NCBI RefSeq assembly: GCF_006345805.1
Contig: NW_021828199.1
Span: forward strand, 1 to 9,019
Direction of reading: 5' to 3'
From: Octopus sinensis
Taxonomy: Eukaryota
Length of the DNA stretch: 9,019 nt
A model generated the notes under the pieces. That model had not been told where the DNA came from, made no database searches, and worked only from the letters and a program-made list of their open reading frames with translations. Of this stretch, positions 7,636 to 9,019 are shown piece after piece (the stretch's first letter is position 1; each line of letters begins with the position of its first letter). A program made the position numbers and the translations under genes.

Positions 7636-7877
7636 ACTTATGCTCGGGGCGTAAGCTCTGCGATGGAATAGCGTTTCGTTCGCGGGATGGTGAGGAGGCG
7701 AAGGATTGTATTTTCAGTTTAAACACTTCGAAATACAAGTAAAGTCCGAGTCTCGCGAGAGACTAGGCTCGAAGTAGACAGATACTATCTTTCTCTCTTT
7801 CCAAGTATAATTTATTTCTTATATAACGAACACCATTAAAACAAAATGGGCGCCCGTTTTCTAGAAGGGGCTTCTTG

Positions 7878-8290
7878 TCATGGGGAATGAACAAAAATGT
7901 ACTAAAATAGCTACGAAATTTTATTATGAACAAGGATCTAAGATACATCTTAAGTATGACATATCCAAAATGCGTGAGCAGCAAAGACCTTTAGATCAAA
8001 GCCAAACAAAAATTCATCGAGCAACAGATTGTGAAGCGTTAATGTACGTAGGCAGGCCATACGTTAGCAAAGCCTTGGAGATGTATGGCAAGGCAAGGGT
8101 TGGATACTAGATAGACGAAAAAATTAGACAGGGCGCTGGAGCGTTACTTACCAGAGAGATTCGAAGGGAAATTGAAGGGAACTGGGAACGAAAGGGAACC
8201 AGAGAGTAAAGGAAATCACCCAGGATAGGCCACAATGGAATACTACTGTAGAGAGCTTATTTTCAGCTTGGAATCCATCGAAACAGGCAG
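7878..8290 (+). mobile_element. 5'-truncated RTE-clade LINE, ORF C-terminus (pseudogenized)
   Basis: Frame from 7878: SWGMNKNVLK*LRNFIMNKDLRYILSMTYPKCVSSKDL*IKAKQKFIEQQIVKR*CT*AGHTLAKPWRCMARQGLD. After frameshifts, 8206 onward: VKEITQDRPQWNTTVESLFS. This matches the RTE post-RT motifs (NKCLRRIL, ISNKDLW, WIGHTLRK, AQDR..W). Two TAG stops sit at expected Trp codons. Followed by a (GAT)n tail; may start nearer 7820. Confidence 0.85.
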
Positions 8291-8449
8291 TGACGACGAT
8301 GATGATGATGATAATAATGATGAAGATGATGAGGGGGATGACGATGATCGTGATGATGATGATGTTGATGATGATGACGATGATGATGATGACGACTGAT
8401 GATGATGATGACGACGACGACGACGACGACGATGATGATGATGATGATG

Positions 8450-8490
<41 letters not shown>

Positions 8491-8513
8491 CTGATGCTGG
8501 TGACGATGATGAT
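8291..8513 (+). repeat. (GAT)/(GAC)n microsatellite, probably the expanded 3' tail of the RTE element
   Basis: Direct; begins immediately after the RTE C-terminal coding remnant. Confidence 0.92.
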
Positions 8514-8603
8514 CCTCACAAGGACACAGTGAAGCACATTTGGGCCAGATTTTGGAGCCGACTTGACGCCGTAGTGAAAGCTGAGAACCGTTACTTTGAG
8601 TAA
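8514..8603 (+). mobile_element. Tc1/mariner-superfamily transposase C-terminal remnant
   Basis: Translates PHKDTVKHIWARFWSRLDAVVKAENRYFE* (stop 8601-8603), matching the C-terminal motif F-x-x-RL-x-AV-x-x-AxGGYFE of IS630-Tc1-mariner (maT/DD37D-like) transposases. Confidence 0.75.
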
Positions 8604-8623
8604 ACTGTTATCGCCAGCCAAGG

Positions 8624-8656
<33 letters not shown>

Positions 8657-8762
8657 TATATACGTATATACATATGCATGCATATAGCTATGTGTGTTGA
8701 TGTTTTCTATGTAAGTGTGTATGCACAAGTGTGTTTCCCGTTTATGTGTGAGTGAGTATATG
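8624..8762. repeat. (TA)n followed by degenerate (TG)n
   Basis: Direct. Confidence 0.9.
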
Positions 8763-8779
8763 ATTCTATGACAATATGT

Positions 8780-9019
8780 GTGGAGGCGAAATGGCCCAGT
8801 GGTTAGAGCAGTGGACTTGCGGTCGTATGATCGCGGTTTCGATTCTCAGACCGGGCTTTGTGAGTGTTTATTGAGCAAAAACAAATAGAAAATACACCCA
8901 AAACTCCACGAAGCTCCAGCAGGGGGCGAAACCTGCTGTACTCTTTCACCACAACTTTCTCTCACTCTTTCTTCCTGTTTCTGTTGTACTTGTATTTAAA
9001 AGGACCAGCCATGTCACAC
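8780..9019 (+). mobile_element. Family A SINE, more diverged copy, cut by the window end
   Basis: gtggaggcgaaatggcccagtggttagagcagtggacttgcggtcgtatgatcgcggtttcgattctcagaccggg...; colinear with 4624-4855, with an A-rich insertion near 8880-8893. Confidence 0.93.

Noticed and set aside
8148-8621. Poly-Ile/Ser and poly-Met/Asp ORFs
   Set aside because: Translations of the (GAT)n tract

Overview
Non-coding, repeat-saturated eukaryotic (metazoan) DNA. I see no intact protein-coding gene, and the listed ORFs are artefacts of microsatellites and repeats. The tRNA-derived SINE families and the (CA)/(TA)/(GAT) microsatellite load look like coleoid cephalopod (Octopus-like) DNA; this is from recall, not a database hit. 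Contents: (i) three SINE families (A, B, C) in several copies, some with clean target-site duplications (TSDs); (ii) a complete TA-flanked Tigger/pogo MITE (2731-2998) and a second Tigger derivative with an HTH_psq transposase remnant (~3190-3592); (iii) a decayed ~330-nt 18S rRNA fragment (7098-7635) split by a SINE with a perfect 18-bp TSD; (iv) a co-oriented 5'-truncated RTE LINE 3' end with a (GAT)n tail; (v) a Tc1/mariner transposase C-terminus; (vi) a Helitron 3' end; (vii) a probable decayed Penelope-type hammerhead ribozyme. I cannot support a new biological system here. The best leads are a possible 18S-LINE chimeric retrocopy, a possibly twin-primed inverted SINE, inverted SINE pairs as dsRNA/ADAR substrates, and an unexplained triplicated GC-box/TAAT motif at 1374-1600.
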